A stretch of 53,600 bases of DNA from a virus (Duplodnaviria > Caudoviricetes): the IMG/VR virus record IMGVR_UViG_3300014060_000001, positions 1 to 53,600 of that record; one strand, 5' to 3'. This document shows positions 7,758 through 17,124 of this stretch, piece by piece (the stretch's first letter is position 1; every line of letters begins with the position of its first letter). A model generated the notes under the pieces. The model was not told the origin of the DNA. It ran no database searches and saw only the letters and a program-made list of their open reading frames with translations. A program made the position numbers and the translations under genes.

Positions 7758-8785
7758 TAAAGGATCTAATGAAAGAGGAAGTATTAGCATTAGATACTGA
7801 GACCAATGGTCTTAATCCTTTAGAAAATAAAATTATAATGCTACAGATTGGTACAAAAACTGACCAGTATGTATTTGACACTAGGGGCCTCGATTTAAAA
7901 AAACACTTTCGTTGTCTACTTGAGAGAGAAGACATACAATTTGTAGGTCACAATATTAAGTTTGATTATAACATGCTTAAGCAATATAGTATCATTTTAC
8001 AAAATGTATACGATACAATGCTAGCAGATATGGTTATTTATAATGACGAATACTCGCCCAAATGGGTTATGACTAATAAGAGATTTTCTTTAGGTGGAGT
8101 GTACTATCATCATTTTAATAAAACTGTAGAAAAAGAAACTAGATTAGAATTCACAAATTGGGGAGCTACCCCATTCACTGATGAGCAGATTAAATATGGC
8201 GCATTAGATGTAGTTTACCCACTCAATATAAAAGAAAAACAAGATGTACTTACTGCCGAGTTAAATACTAGTAGATGTAACAGACTTGAATTTGCAACAT
8301 TACTCAGTGTTGGGGATATGGAATATAATGGATTCTATTTAGACCCTAATAAATGGAAAGAAGCTTATCTATTTCATAAAAGAGAATTAGAAGCTTCATT
8401 TCTTAAACTTGATAAAACACTGATTAAAGATTTTCCTACTTATGAACAGAAAGCATATCAGCTGAGTTTATTTGAAGTAGTAGAAAGAAGTAGATTAACT
8501 GATGTTAATTGGAATAGCTCACTACAAGTTAAAACGTTACTTAATAAAGAATACAATATATACCCTGAAGATAAAGACGGTAAAGCCTCTGTAGGAAGAG
8601 ATGCTTTGAACTTATTGTTTGAAAAGCCAGATATTATCTTAGAATTAATTACTTTTAAAGAACATGAGAAAGCAGTTAGTTCATTTGGGGAGAAGTTCCT
8701 TAATAAACACTTATACAAAGATAGCAGATTAAGATCAAATTTTAACCAGATTGTAGGAACTGGTAGGATGTCTTCTAGAAGCCCT
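7679..8785 (+). CDS. polA: family A DNA polymerase, exon 1 (3'-5' exonuclease domain and start of polymerase domain)
   Basis: Exo motifs LALDTET, GHNIKFD, YGALDV; ends TGRMSSRSP at a phase-0 splice site (369 codons). Confidence 0.92.
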
Positions 8786-9724
8786 AAAAAATTGGGGCTT
8801 TATGTAGTGATACATAAAGAAAATTGGGTGAATTGCTGGAAAGCTGTGTCGTAAGATATGCCAATCAGCAGCCAAGCTAAACTTAGGTTAAAAGAGTTTA
8901 GAAGGTTCAGAGACTAGGAAGTGAGCCTAACAATAAACTTCCCACGAGTGCCCAATATCTGTAACCTTTAACCATTTGTTGTGTATAAGAATTAAAATAC
9001 TTATACATATGCAAACAGGAGATTTTAAATATAAAATAAACTCAAATAAAATAAATATACAAAACCCTATTTATTGTTATTTGATAGGTTTAATTTCCAC
9101 AGATGGTTATATAGACAATAAAAATTCAAGAGTATGTTTAAGAATGAGAAATGAAGATTCTGAAAGAGTATTTAATTTATTAAAAACTTATTTAGAATTT
9201 ACAGGTCCTATTTTTACATATAAAAAAGTAGATAAAGAATTAAGAATTTCTTCCTTAGAATTAATTAAAAACTTAACTGAATTAGGATTAAATACCAATA
9301 AAAATAAAATTCCATTTCTTAACTTTGAACCTTTAACATGTATGAAAATGTATATAAGAGGATTACATGATGGGGATGGAAATGTTAAAAGAGCAAATAA
9401 AAAAGGAAAATGGTCAGGAGGAGAATTTAGATTTACTAATAATAATTTAGAATTTCAAACTAACTTTTTTAATTGGATAAAAAAATCTTTTAAAGGTAAT
9501 ATTAATCTTAGAACAGTTTTAAGAAAATCAGAAGAATTTTATGAAATATCTACAAGTACACATCTTGGAAAAGAATTTGTAAAATGGTTTTATTCAAATT
9601 ATACAGAATATAAACTTAATTGCAAGTACAAAAAATACATGTCTATTATAGATAATGATATAGTCCGAACTATAGAGAAATCTATAGAAGTAAAGGATAA
9701 AGAGCCTTTACGATAACATAATTG
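8786..9724 (+). mobile_element. group I self-splicing intron in DNA polymerase gene
   Basis: P1: exon AGCCCU pairs with intron GGGGCU with terminal U.G; core elements GTGAATTGCTGGAA, AATCAGCAGCCAAG, CAGAGACTAG and ATATAGTCC (P7 GACTA/TAGTC); terminal G9724; splicing restores GRMSSRSP-NLQQIP. Confidence 0.93.
9009..9716 (+). CDS. intron-encoded double-motif LAGLIDADG homing endonuclease
   Basis: YLIGLISTDG and YIRGLHDGDG motifs; first ATG at 9009 within ORF 8976..9716. Confidence 0.9.
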   Translation: MQTGDFKYKINSNKINIQNPIYCYLIGLISTDGYIDNKNSRVCLRMRNEDSERVFNLLKTYLEFTGPIFTYKKVDKELRISSLELIKNLTELGLNTNKNKIPFLNFEPLTCMKMYIRGLHDGDGNVKRANKKGKWSGGEFRFTNNNLEFQTNFFNWIKKSFKGNINLRTVLRKSEEFYEISTSTHLGKEFVKWFYSNYTEYKLNCKYKKYMSIIDNDIVRTIEKSIEVKDKEPLR

Positions 9725-10651
9725 AATTTACAGCAAATTCCAAGTAGTAAGGAGTATAGAAGTGCGTTCATTGCCCCTAAAGGTAAAGTAATTATCACAG
9801 CAGATTATAGCAACCAAGAAGGCCGAGTTATGGCTGACATGTCTAATGACAAGTCTTACATTGATTTTTTCAATGGGGATACAAGTATAACCTTTGGAGA
9901 CGCTCACTCATTTATCGCAGAGAAGATGTTTTCAGCTTCTAAAGGAGAACATGTAGAAGTGCCACCTAAACCTCCAGAAGATAATACACCAGAAGAAAAA
10001 GAAGCTTTAGCATATTTTAATTCCCATCCTAATAAGAAACTTAGGCAGATGGGTAAAATTCTAAACTTCATGATCTCATTTGGAGGAAGTGCATTTACTT
10101 TATCAAAGACATTAAAAATACCTGAAAAAGAAGCCCAAGATTTAATTGATGCTTTTTATAAAGGATTCCCAAGTCTTAAGATAATGTTTACTAAGTTCAA
10201 AAATGAAGCTTTAAAAACAGGTTTTATTAGAATGAACACTGTAGTAAATAGAATAAGAAGACTGCCCGAATGGAAAAGGTACAAAGAACTAAGCAGTAAA
10301 GATTTTTATGATCTTACTAAAGAAGAAAAAAGTCAATTAGGTAAAATAAAAGGAAGAATAGAGCGCAAGTCGATGAACAGCCCAATACAAGGAACGGCTG
10401 GTGACTGTACTAAAACAGCTTTAGTTCTTATACGTAAAAAATTATTAGCAGAAGGTATCAGACCTTTATTAAACGCACCTATAAAACTCGTACAATGTGT
10501 ACATGACGAAATATTACTAGAAGCTGATAAAAGTCACAAAGACTTAGCAGCTAGTATATTACAATCTTCAATGGAAACTGCAGGTACTTACTATGTAAAA
10601 CAAGTAAAGATGACCGCTAATCCTGTAATAGGACAGGTATGGGACCATTAA
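9725..10651 (+). CDS. polA: family A DNA polymerase, exon 2 (catalytic domain)
   Basis: NLQQIP, motif A ADYSNQEGR, motif B RQMGKILNF, NSPIQGTAGD, motif C VHDEIL; spliced product 677 aa. Confidence 0.93.
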   Translation, partial: NLQQIPSSKEYRSAFIAPKGKVIITADYSNQEGRVMADMSNDKSYIDFFNGDTSITFGDAHSFIAEKMFSASKGEHVEVPPKPPEDNTPEEKEALAYFNSHPNKKLRQMGKILNFMISFGGSAFTLSKTLKIPEKEAQDLIDAFYKGFPSLKIMFTKFKNEALKTGFIRMNTVVNRIRRLPEWKRYKELSSKDFYDLTKEEKSQLGKIKGRIERKSMNSPIQGTAGDCTKTALVLIRKKLLAEGIRPLLNAPIKLVQCVHDEILLEADKSHKDLAASILQSSMETAGTYYVKQVKMTANPVIGQVWDH

Positions 10652-10843
10652 ATAATATTATTTACAAGAGATGTGCATATAAAAATGTACTACGATAGGC
10701 TGGAATTGCCACTAAATTGAAACTCGGGCCTTATATCGACTTAAGTAGAATTTAAAATTTGAATAAGATATATGCGTAAATAATGCCTAAATTTTTTCAT
10801 ATAATATCCTAAAAACTATGTGCATTTAAAATTAATTAAGCAT

Positions 10844-11404
10844 ATGGAAATTAGTATGAATATTGAATATTTGCTCAAGAATAAAATCACAGCAAATGAA
10901 TTTTTAATACTTCAGATGCTGTTAGAAAATCAAGAAACCAGACTTGCTGCTTACAAAAAAGTAGTAGGTAATAGTCACTATTTTGCTTGCTTAATTAGTC
11001 TCATTAATATGAACTTTTTAGAAGTAACAGGAAACGGATTAGAAATTACCACAGAATGTATGCGTACATTTAAAGGTAAAGGATTTTTTGAAGAATTCTA
11101 TATTGCCTACCCAGTGTCAGTTGTAAGACCTGATGGTAAAAGAGAATCTTTACGCACAGACCGTACACGGTGTGCAACCAAGTATAATAGACTTGCTAAA
11201 CGTAAAGATGTCCATGAGCATATAATGAAGTGCTTAAATTTTGAAGTAGAAGAACGCACACAGAGCGGATCTCTAATGTATATGAAAAAAATGCCAAATT
11301 GGTTAAGTTCAGAAGCTTGGAAAGAATATGAGGAGAAGATGAAAATCGACTCTATAATAGACAATTTAAAAACTAAGCTAGATGATGGAACCAAACTCTT
11401 ATAG
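10844..11404 (+). CDS. putative replication initiator / helicase-associated protein
   Basis: coupled to dnaB; C-terminal YMKKMPNWL..EAW resembles phage replication-initiation proteins; ATG at 10844 or 10856. Confidence 0.5.
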   Translation: MEISMNIEYLLKNKITANEFLILQMLLENQETRLAAYKKVVGNSHYFACLISLINMNFLEVTGNGLEITTECMRTFKGKGFFEEFYIAYPVSVVRPDGKRESLRTDRTRCATKYNRLAKRKDVHEHIMKCLNFEVEERTQSGSLMYMKKMPNWLSSEAWKEYEEKMKIDSIIDNLKTKLDDGTKLL

Positions 11405-12250
11405 TTCACTGCCTTATAGACATATTTCTAAAGCTGCAGATGAGATTGTAAGCTACATTAAAGATAGAAGAGAAGGAAAGAGCAAATCACTTAGTACCCG
11501 ATGGTTAAAGTTTAACAACTCTTGTATGGGAGGCATTGAGCCTAACATAGTAATCACAGTAGCAGGTATTAGTGGTTCAGGCAAGAGCTCTTTCGTTAAT
11601 TCGTTAGAATCTGATTTATTCGATTTAAACCCCGATGTTGATTTCTGTGTATTATCCTTTAACAATGAAATGTCTAGCTCTAAACAAGTGGGGCGTAAAT
11701 TGTCTTCAAAATTAAGCAAAACAACAACCCAACTTTATAGTGGTAATCCAGACTATAAACTTAGCGATAAAGATATAGAGTGTATAGAAAATAGTGCCAA
11801 TGCAATGAAGAAATATGAGATCTATTATGTAGATCAACCTGGCACAGTGGAAGAAATGAGGAAGACTATCGAGTATTTCCAAAATATTAAAGCTAAAGGC
11901 CGTTGGCTTTTAGTAATGATTGACCACACACTACTAATCAAAGGAAGAGCCGGTGAGCAAGAACGAATTATGCTTGCTGATTTAGAACGTATGCTTATGG
12001 CTGCTAAAAAGGCTACTGTTTGTAACACTACCATTATACAGATATCCCAAATGAATAGGGGTATTGAAAATTCCGATAGAATAAACAACCCTTCCTTACA
12101 TTACCCTAATCGAGGCGATCTATTTGGCGCAGATGCAGTTTATCAAGCATCAGATATAGTGTTAGTTATACATAGACCTGAAATACTAGGTATCAGAAGT
12201 TATGGCACCAACGCCTTACCAACTAAAGATTTTGTGTACCTACACCTCAT
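11382..12250 (+). CDS. dnaB: DnaB-like replicative helicase, exon 1
   Basis: Walker A GISGSGKS, NNEMS, Walker B VMIDH, ISQMNR, DAVYQASD; phase-2 splice site after CTCAT. Confidence 0.9.
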
Positions 12251-12509
12251 AGAAATAAAAATTTGTGACTTTACTAAGCAATTAGTATCGAATAATCCAG
12301 TGAATTCAGAGAAAATCCTACGGGACAACTTTGAGCCAAGCCTACAGAATAACATTAAAGTAAGTAGGAAGGTGCAACGACTAATAGGTGAGGAGTTTAA
12401 CCAATAAACCTGACACGAGCGCTGGACATCCCTAGTGGATGATGACATAGTCTGAACTGTATAGTAATATACAGAAGTGATAATTAAAAAAGTCACGGTA
12501 ACACAATTG
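12251..12509 (+). mobile_element. ORF-less group I intron (259 nt) in helicase gene
   Basis: P1 TCAT/GTGA with U.G; CAGTGAATT, GAGCCAAG, CAACGACTAA and ACATAGTCT (P7), P9 hairpins, terminal ..ACAATTG; same layout as the polA intron. Confidence 0.9.
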
Positions 12510-12588
12510 AAAAAATCGAGAAGGGGAACCTGGAGTATTACAATTTAAAAACAATCTTAAGTACAACAAGATTGAAAACGTTAATTAG
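12510..12588 (+). CDS. dnaB: DnaB-like helicase, exon 2
   Basis: splicing gives YLHL-I-KNREGEPGVLQFKNNLKYNKIENVN*, restoring the DnaB KNRxG motif; spliced product 315 aa. Confidence 0.88.
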
Positions 12589-12616
12589 CTTCCTACAAGC
12601 TATAATATATAAGCAT

Positions 12617-13168
12617 ATGAAATTTGCTATTAAAATAGGAACAACAACACAAGACAAACAATTGGCTAAAGCAATCAAGAAACTTACAGAACATTTTCCT
12701 ACTCTAATTGTAGAAGGAATAAACCGTAAATTTCGTAAAGATACAGTAACAGATGTAAATCTTATTAACTTGTATCCTAATTTGACTTTGATTGAATTAG
12801 AAGTAAATAAAGCAGACTATTTAACATTTGGAGTATCTAAAGATTATGATATTTCTTTTGAAACTTTAGACTCTTTACCTAAATTGTTTGGAGTTATTCC
12901 AACAGTACCAGTGTACGATATTAAAAAAGATTATAATAAAGTTATCAATCTCTTAGGGGAATTCATTATTGAACTCTACCCTTTTGAAACTGTAGTAAAC
13001 GTATTAAATGGATGGAAAAAACCGCAACCTGCAAAACAAGTAGTTAAATATTCTACGTATGTTGAAGTTAACGGTGTACCAGTTTCTTATTCAGAATATA
13101 ACAGTTCTGTACAAGCTCCAAGTAAAATGACGTCTATTGATGCTTTATTACTTGCCTTGTTTGTATAA
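12617..13168 (+). CDS. hypothetical protein
   Basis: ORF 12572..13168; ATG at 12617 avoids overlap with helicase exon 2. Confidence 0.75.
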   Translation: MKFAIKIGTTTQDKQLAKAIKKLTEHFPTLIVEGINRKFRKDTVTDVNLINLYPNLTLIELEVNKADYLTFGVSKDYDISFETLDSLPKLFGVIPTVPVYDIKKDYNKVINLLGEFIIELYPFETVVNVLNGWKKPQPAKQVVKYSTYVEVNGVPVSYSEYNSSVQAPSKMTSIDALLLALFV

Positions 13169-13203
13169 TACAAATAAGAATAAATCCTAAAAATTGTAAT
13201 TAA

Positions 13204-13902
13204 ATGGCAACTCCGATACTAGTGATGGGGGAGATTGGAACAGGGAAAAGCGTAAGTATACGTAATCTCGATCCCAAAACTACCTTCATTATAGCATCTG
13301 ATATGAAGCCATTAACTATTCCAAATAGTAAAACAAATTACAAAACAATTCTCAAAGAAAACGGCAAATTAGACATCGCAGCTACTAATTACTATGAGAC
13401 GAAAGATGCTCAAATAGTTAAAGCTTTATTAACTCAGATTTCTAATACAAGACCTGACATTAAGGTAATTATAGTAGATACTATAACAAGTATCATTACT
13501 GACGAAATAATGAAAAGATCACACGAGAAAGGATTCGGTAAATATACCGATGTAGCCTTAGATGCATATGAATTAATCACTATGCTTAGAGGCTTGAGAG
13601 AGGATCTTACCATTGTAGTAATGTCTCACACAGAAGACAACTACGATTCCGAAGGAGTACTTAAAACCTCATTTAAGGTTCCAGCTGGAAAAGCAATAGG
13701 CAATCAATTTAAACCTGAAGCCTATTTCCATATGATTTTATACACGGATGTAAGCATGGTTAGTAATAAACCTGAATACAGCTTTTTAACAGAGAATAAC
13801 GGCAAAAATACCTGCCGATCACCATTAGGATTATTTTCAGAATACAAAATCCCAAATGACTTGTCTTACGTGATTTCAGAATATCAGAAATACGAACAAT
13901 AG
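13204..13902 (+). CDS. AAA_24 / Sak4-like P-loop ATPase
   Basis: GEIGTGKS Walker A, IIVDT Walker B, VMSH, next to SSB-like gene. Confidence 0.85.
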   Translation: MATPILVMGEIGTGKSVSIRNLDPKTTFIIASDMKPLTIPNSKTNYKTILKENGKLDIAATNYYETKDAQIVKALLTQISNTRPDIKVIIVDTITSIITDEIMKRSHEKGFGKYTDVALDAYELITMLRGLREDLTIVVMSHTEDNYDSEGVLKTSFKVPAGKAIGNQFKPEAYFHMILYTDVSMVSNKPEYSFLTENNGKNTCRSPLGLFSEYKIPNDLSYVISEYQKYEQ

Positions 13903-13926
13903 ACTAACTCATTTTAAACTTGCTAT

Positions 13927-14631
13927 ATGTTATATAATATAAACGAAGAGGTTACTACATCTACCTCTCAAACCTATATCAATCCAGGGATTTCTGAAAA
14001 CATCGAACTTTCGCATAGAGTTGCGACTTCTCCAAACGGTAATGCATTCATTGAGTACACTTATACTAATGAGGCGGGACAAAAAGTAATCCGCACAGAA
14101 TGGGAAGTAAATGAATTGCCTCAGTTTAACGATATGACCCCTGGTCAACAAAATATGGTTAGTAAGCGTGCTGAAGAAAATAAAATCAGCGTCGAAGAAG
14201 CCCGTAAATTGATCACTGAAGGCAGTGTCAAAGCTCAAATGAAACGTATTATCAATGTAGCTAAATTATTTGTTTCCGAAGATAACCTCAAAGGACAATC
14301 ATTTAAAAGCTACCTTGATTTTATTACTTTCGTATCTAACAAAATAGGTACGTCTTGTAAAGATGTGAAACTTCGTGTTAAATTCGTATATGACAGAAAA
14401 GGATTTGTAAATACTCCTGAGTATGTAAGCGGTTCCAATATTTGGATCGAACGTGCGGATAAGGTTGCTAAAGAGGACTCCACTATTGAAGTCTTGGCTA
14501 CTGACAAAATGCAGCGTGATGCTGTTAATGGCAGTAGAGCACCTAGAACAGAAAACCCCTTGGAAGATAATTCTTCAACAACTACCCAACTAGGAAAACC
14601 TGGGACGGGGAAAGATGATCTTCCTTTTTAA
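13927..14631 (+). CDS. putative single-stranded DNA-binding protein
   Basis: acidic C-terminal DDLPF tail; located between Sak4-like ATPase and primase. Confidence 0.65.
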   Translation: MLYNINEEVTTSTSQTYINPGISENIELSHRVATSPNGNAFIEYTYTNEAGQKVIRTEWEVNELPQFNDMTPGQQNMVSKRAEENKISVEEARKLITEGSVKAQMKRIINVAKLFVSEDNLKGQSFKSYLDFITFVSNKIGTSCKDVKLRVKFVYDRKGFVNTPEYVSGSNIWIERADKVAKEDSTIEVLATDKMQRDAVNGSRAPRTENPLEDNSSTTTQLGKPGTGKDDLPF

Positions 14632-14651
14632 TTAACCCAATATATCTCCTG

Positions 14652-14684
14652 GGGCAGTTAGTAATAGCTGCCCCTTTTATTTTT
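14652..14684 (+). terminator. intrinsic terminator
   Basis: GGGGCAGTTA-GTAA-TAGCTGCCCC followed by TTTTATTTTT. Confidence 0.85.
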
Positions 14685-14689
14685 AATAT

Positions 14690-15658
14690 ATGTATGATAC
14701 TTCTAAAGTGATTAATATTACTAAAGATGACGTACTCAAAAAAACTTCACAATATGAAATTTACGCTACTTATTTAGGTTTTAAGCCTACAATAGGTGAA
14801 GTATACATTAGCCCATTTAGAAAGGATTCTAACCCTTCATTTGGCTTATATATGTCTAGAAAAAGCGGAAATATCATGTTTAAAGATTTAGGAACTGGTG
14901 AATCTGGAGACTGCTTTAAATTTGCAAGTCTTATAGAAAACGTATCAACTAAACAAATAATCAAAAATATTTACAAACAATATGTATCAAATAAAGTAAC
15001 AAGAAAACCAATCACTGTACCTATAAAAGAGTACAAAGATTTAGATATTGTAGTAGATGATATACCTTATACAGCTGAGGGTCTAGCTTTTTGGGCAGAC
15101 TTTGGTATTACAGAAAATACTTTAAAATTGTATAATGTAAAACAAATAAAAAAATTCTGGGTAAATGCGATTGAATACTGGACAGCTACCAAAACAAGTC
15201 CAATGTTTGCTTATTTTGTATACTCCAAAACTAAAATATACAGGCCTTATTATAAAAAGCAAAAGTTTTACACTAATTGCACTTCCATAGATATACAAGG
15301 ATGGGAACAATTAGATTACTCTAGGGATACAGTATATATTACAAAATCCACTAAGGATGTAATGTTACTACATGAACTTGGTTACTCTGCAATAGCTCCT
15401 AATGGAGAAGGACACGATATACCAGATAAAGTATTAAGTATACTTAGAGATAAATTTAAACGAATTGTTATTTTATATGACAGAGACTTGCCAGGTCTAA
15501 AAGCTAGTAGAAAATTATGGAGACTTAATAAAGATCTTGATTTTTTATTTATGCCTAGAAAGACTGAGAAAGACTTATCGGATTATTATAGAAAATACGG
15601 TAAAATTAAAACTCTCAAATTATTATCAGATTATGAAAACAAATCAAATAGAATTTAA
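14690..15658 (+). CDS. dnaG: DnaG-like DNA primase (TOPRIM)
   Basis: N-terminal SPFRKDSNPSF..FKDLGTGESGD, IQGWEQL, ITKSTKDVM, LYDRD, KDLSDY. Confidence 0.85.
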   Translation: MYDTSKVINITKDDVLKKTSQYEIYATYLGFKPTIGEVYISPFRKDSNPSFGLYMSRKSGNIMFKDLGTGESGDCFKFASLIENVSTKQIIKNIYKQYVSNKVTRKPITVPIKEYKDLDIVVDDIPYTAEGLAFWADFGITENTLKLYNVKQIKKFWVNAIEYWTATKTSPMFAYFVYSKTKIYRPYYKKQKFYTNCTSIDIQGWEQLDYSRDTVYITKSTKDVMLLHELGYSAIAPNGEGHDIPDKVLSILRDKFKRIVILYDRDLPGLKASRKLWRLNKDLDFLFMPRKTEKDLSDYYRKYGKIKTLKLLSDYENKSNRI

Positions 15659-16544
15659 ACCGATGATTGTACCTACTCTTAAAGGTATTGACAATCTAGA
15701 TAACATTCCAGATGAATTATTTCCATTGTATTATATGCCATTTTTTAAAGGTCTTCCTTTATATATTAAAGATGGACGTATAAAAGTAAATGGGACAAAT
15801 GAATTAGTTAAAAACTATGAATTAGGGAAGGAACTTAAATTTCTTAGGGACCTTACTCATAAAATAGGATTTGTAATACACCTCACATTTCAATATAAAA
15901 ACTTTAAAGGTAACAAACTTTATGAAGAGGTTTTAAATGAATATGGGCAATTACCTAAAGATTACAAATTACAATTTACAGATGTTGTAATTAAACATCC
16001 TAAAAGCTTAGTTAAAATGAAGCTAGACCCTAGAGATGCGAACATGTGGTTTATAGAAAATGCTCTTAAAAGAGAAAATAGTATAAAACCACATTGGTAT
16101 TTTAATAGAGCTTATATTGCACCTACTAATAAAGAATTGTATAATTATATTGAACCACGTTTAATATATGATAACGATATAGCAGGTGTAACTTTACACA
16201 AGCCTAAAAGTTCTTACCATTGTGGATTTGCAAATTCTGAAGTAGATATTATAAATATAGATTTACTAAGGGAAGAAGAGTTTACTATTATTAATTTAAA
16301 GTGTAAAGTATTACCTTATGGTAAAAAAGATAATGCTAGTATAGTAAGTGAACTTGTAATTTCTAAAGGCACTAGCATTTATATTTTAGATGTCTCTACT
16401 TTAGATATGCCCACTAGAAAATTAATGTGGGATAAAAGATCCCTTCTTTATAACAAACCTGCTATAATTGAAGTCTTAACTATTCCATCTTCAACGTCTC
16501 CAATATTTAAGCGTATTATTCGTTTAGGCGCAGAGATTAAATAA
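15633..16544 (+). CDS. ATP-dependent DNA ligase-like protein with degenerate catalytic motifs
   Basis: FKPMIV..FPLYYMPFFKG..IKDG, IAGVTLHKPKSSYHCG, RKLMWDKR, PIFKRI follow the motif order of small phage ligases; KxDG absent; ATG at 15633. Confidence 0.55.
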   Translation: MKTNQIEFKPMIVPTLKGIDNLDNIPDELFPLYYMPFFKGLPLYIKDGRIKVNGTNELVKNYELGKELKFLRDLTHKIGFVIHLTFQYKNFKGNKLYEEVLNEYGQLPKDYKLQFTDVVIKHPKSLVKMKLDPRDANMWFIENALKRENSIKPHWYFNRAYIAPTNKELYNYIEPRLIYDNDIAGVTLHKPKSSYHCGFANSEVDIINIDLLREEEFTIINLKCKVLPYGKKDNASIVSELVISKGTSIYILDVSTLDMPTRKLMWDKRSLLYNKPAIIEVLTIPSSTSPIFKRIIRLGAEIK

Positions 16545-16621
16545 AAATATAATACGGTTAGTGGTATAAAAGTCCGCTTTTAACAGGTGCTAAATCTGGC
16601 CGTATTTTTAAATTAAGTATA

Positions 16622-17122
16622 ATGAGACCAACAAAAAGAATTGACAAGTTCTTTGAACACAATATTATAGACCGTTTACATGATGATGACGTGTTCTCAA
16701 ACGAAGAATTTAAGAATATAGCTGAAAACTTTGATAAGTTCAAAGAGTATTGGTATGCTAATCCAGATCAAAGATTTGGGCAGGTACTCATCAATCTAAG
16801 CTTAATTGAAGACAGTACTTTATTTTACAAAGAAGATTTAGATGTACTAATGCAGTATGAAGTGTATTTAGGCGACATCGTAGAATGGAAATCTTATTAC
16901 GATAAGAATGAAAAACTATTAGATAAGCCTATTACTAGATTTATTAAAGATTTAGATACAAGTTATTTACATGCAATTAAGAGATTTTCTTATAAGCATA
17001 TGAAAGATCTTCCTTCTGTAATTAAATATTGTATAGACCAAGAAATTGAAATAAGGAACGAAGAAGAAAAGATGCTTAAAATACTGAGAGCAAAATTTCC
17101 TGAACATTTTGAAGAATTATAA
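16622..17122 (+). CDS. hypothetical phage protein
   Basis: 166 aa; WYANPDQRFGQ motif of a type common in small phage proteins. Confidence 0.75.
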   Translation: MRPTKRIDKFFEHNIIDRLHDDDVFSNEEFKNIAENFDKFKEYWYANPDQRFGQVLINLSLIEDSTLFYKEDLDVLMQYEVYLGDIVEWKSYYDKNEKLLDKPITRFIKDLDTSYLHAIKRFSYKHMKDLPSVIKYCIDQEIEIRNEEEKMLKILRAKFPEHFEEL

Positions 17123-17124
17123 TT

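Noticed and set aside
8786-9724. Intein or frameshift as the cause of the split polymerase
   Set aside because: In-frame stops, no Cys/His-Asn intein termini; group I RNA core and splice sites fit exactly
12251-12407. C-terminal ~50 aa of the predicted 341-aa helicase ORF
   Set aside because: Read-through into intron sequence; the true C-terminus is the KNREG exon
10837-12624. Shared TAAGCATATG at two start codons (10844 and 12617)
   Set aside because: Also occurs inside a coding region near 16993; compatible with chance in AT-rich DNA
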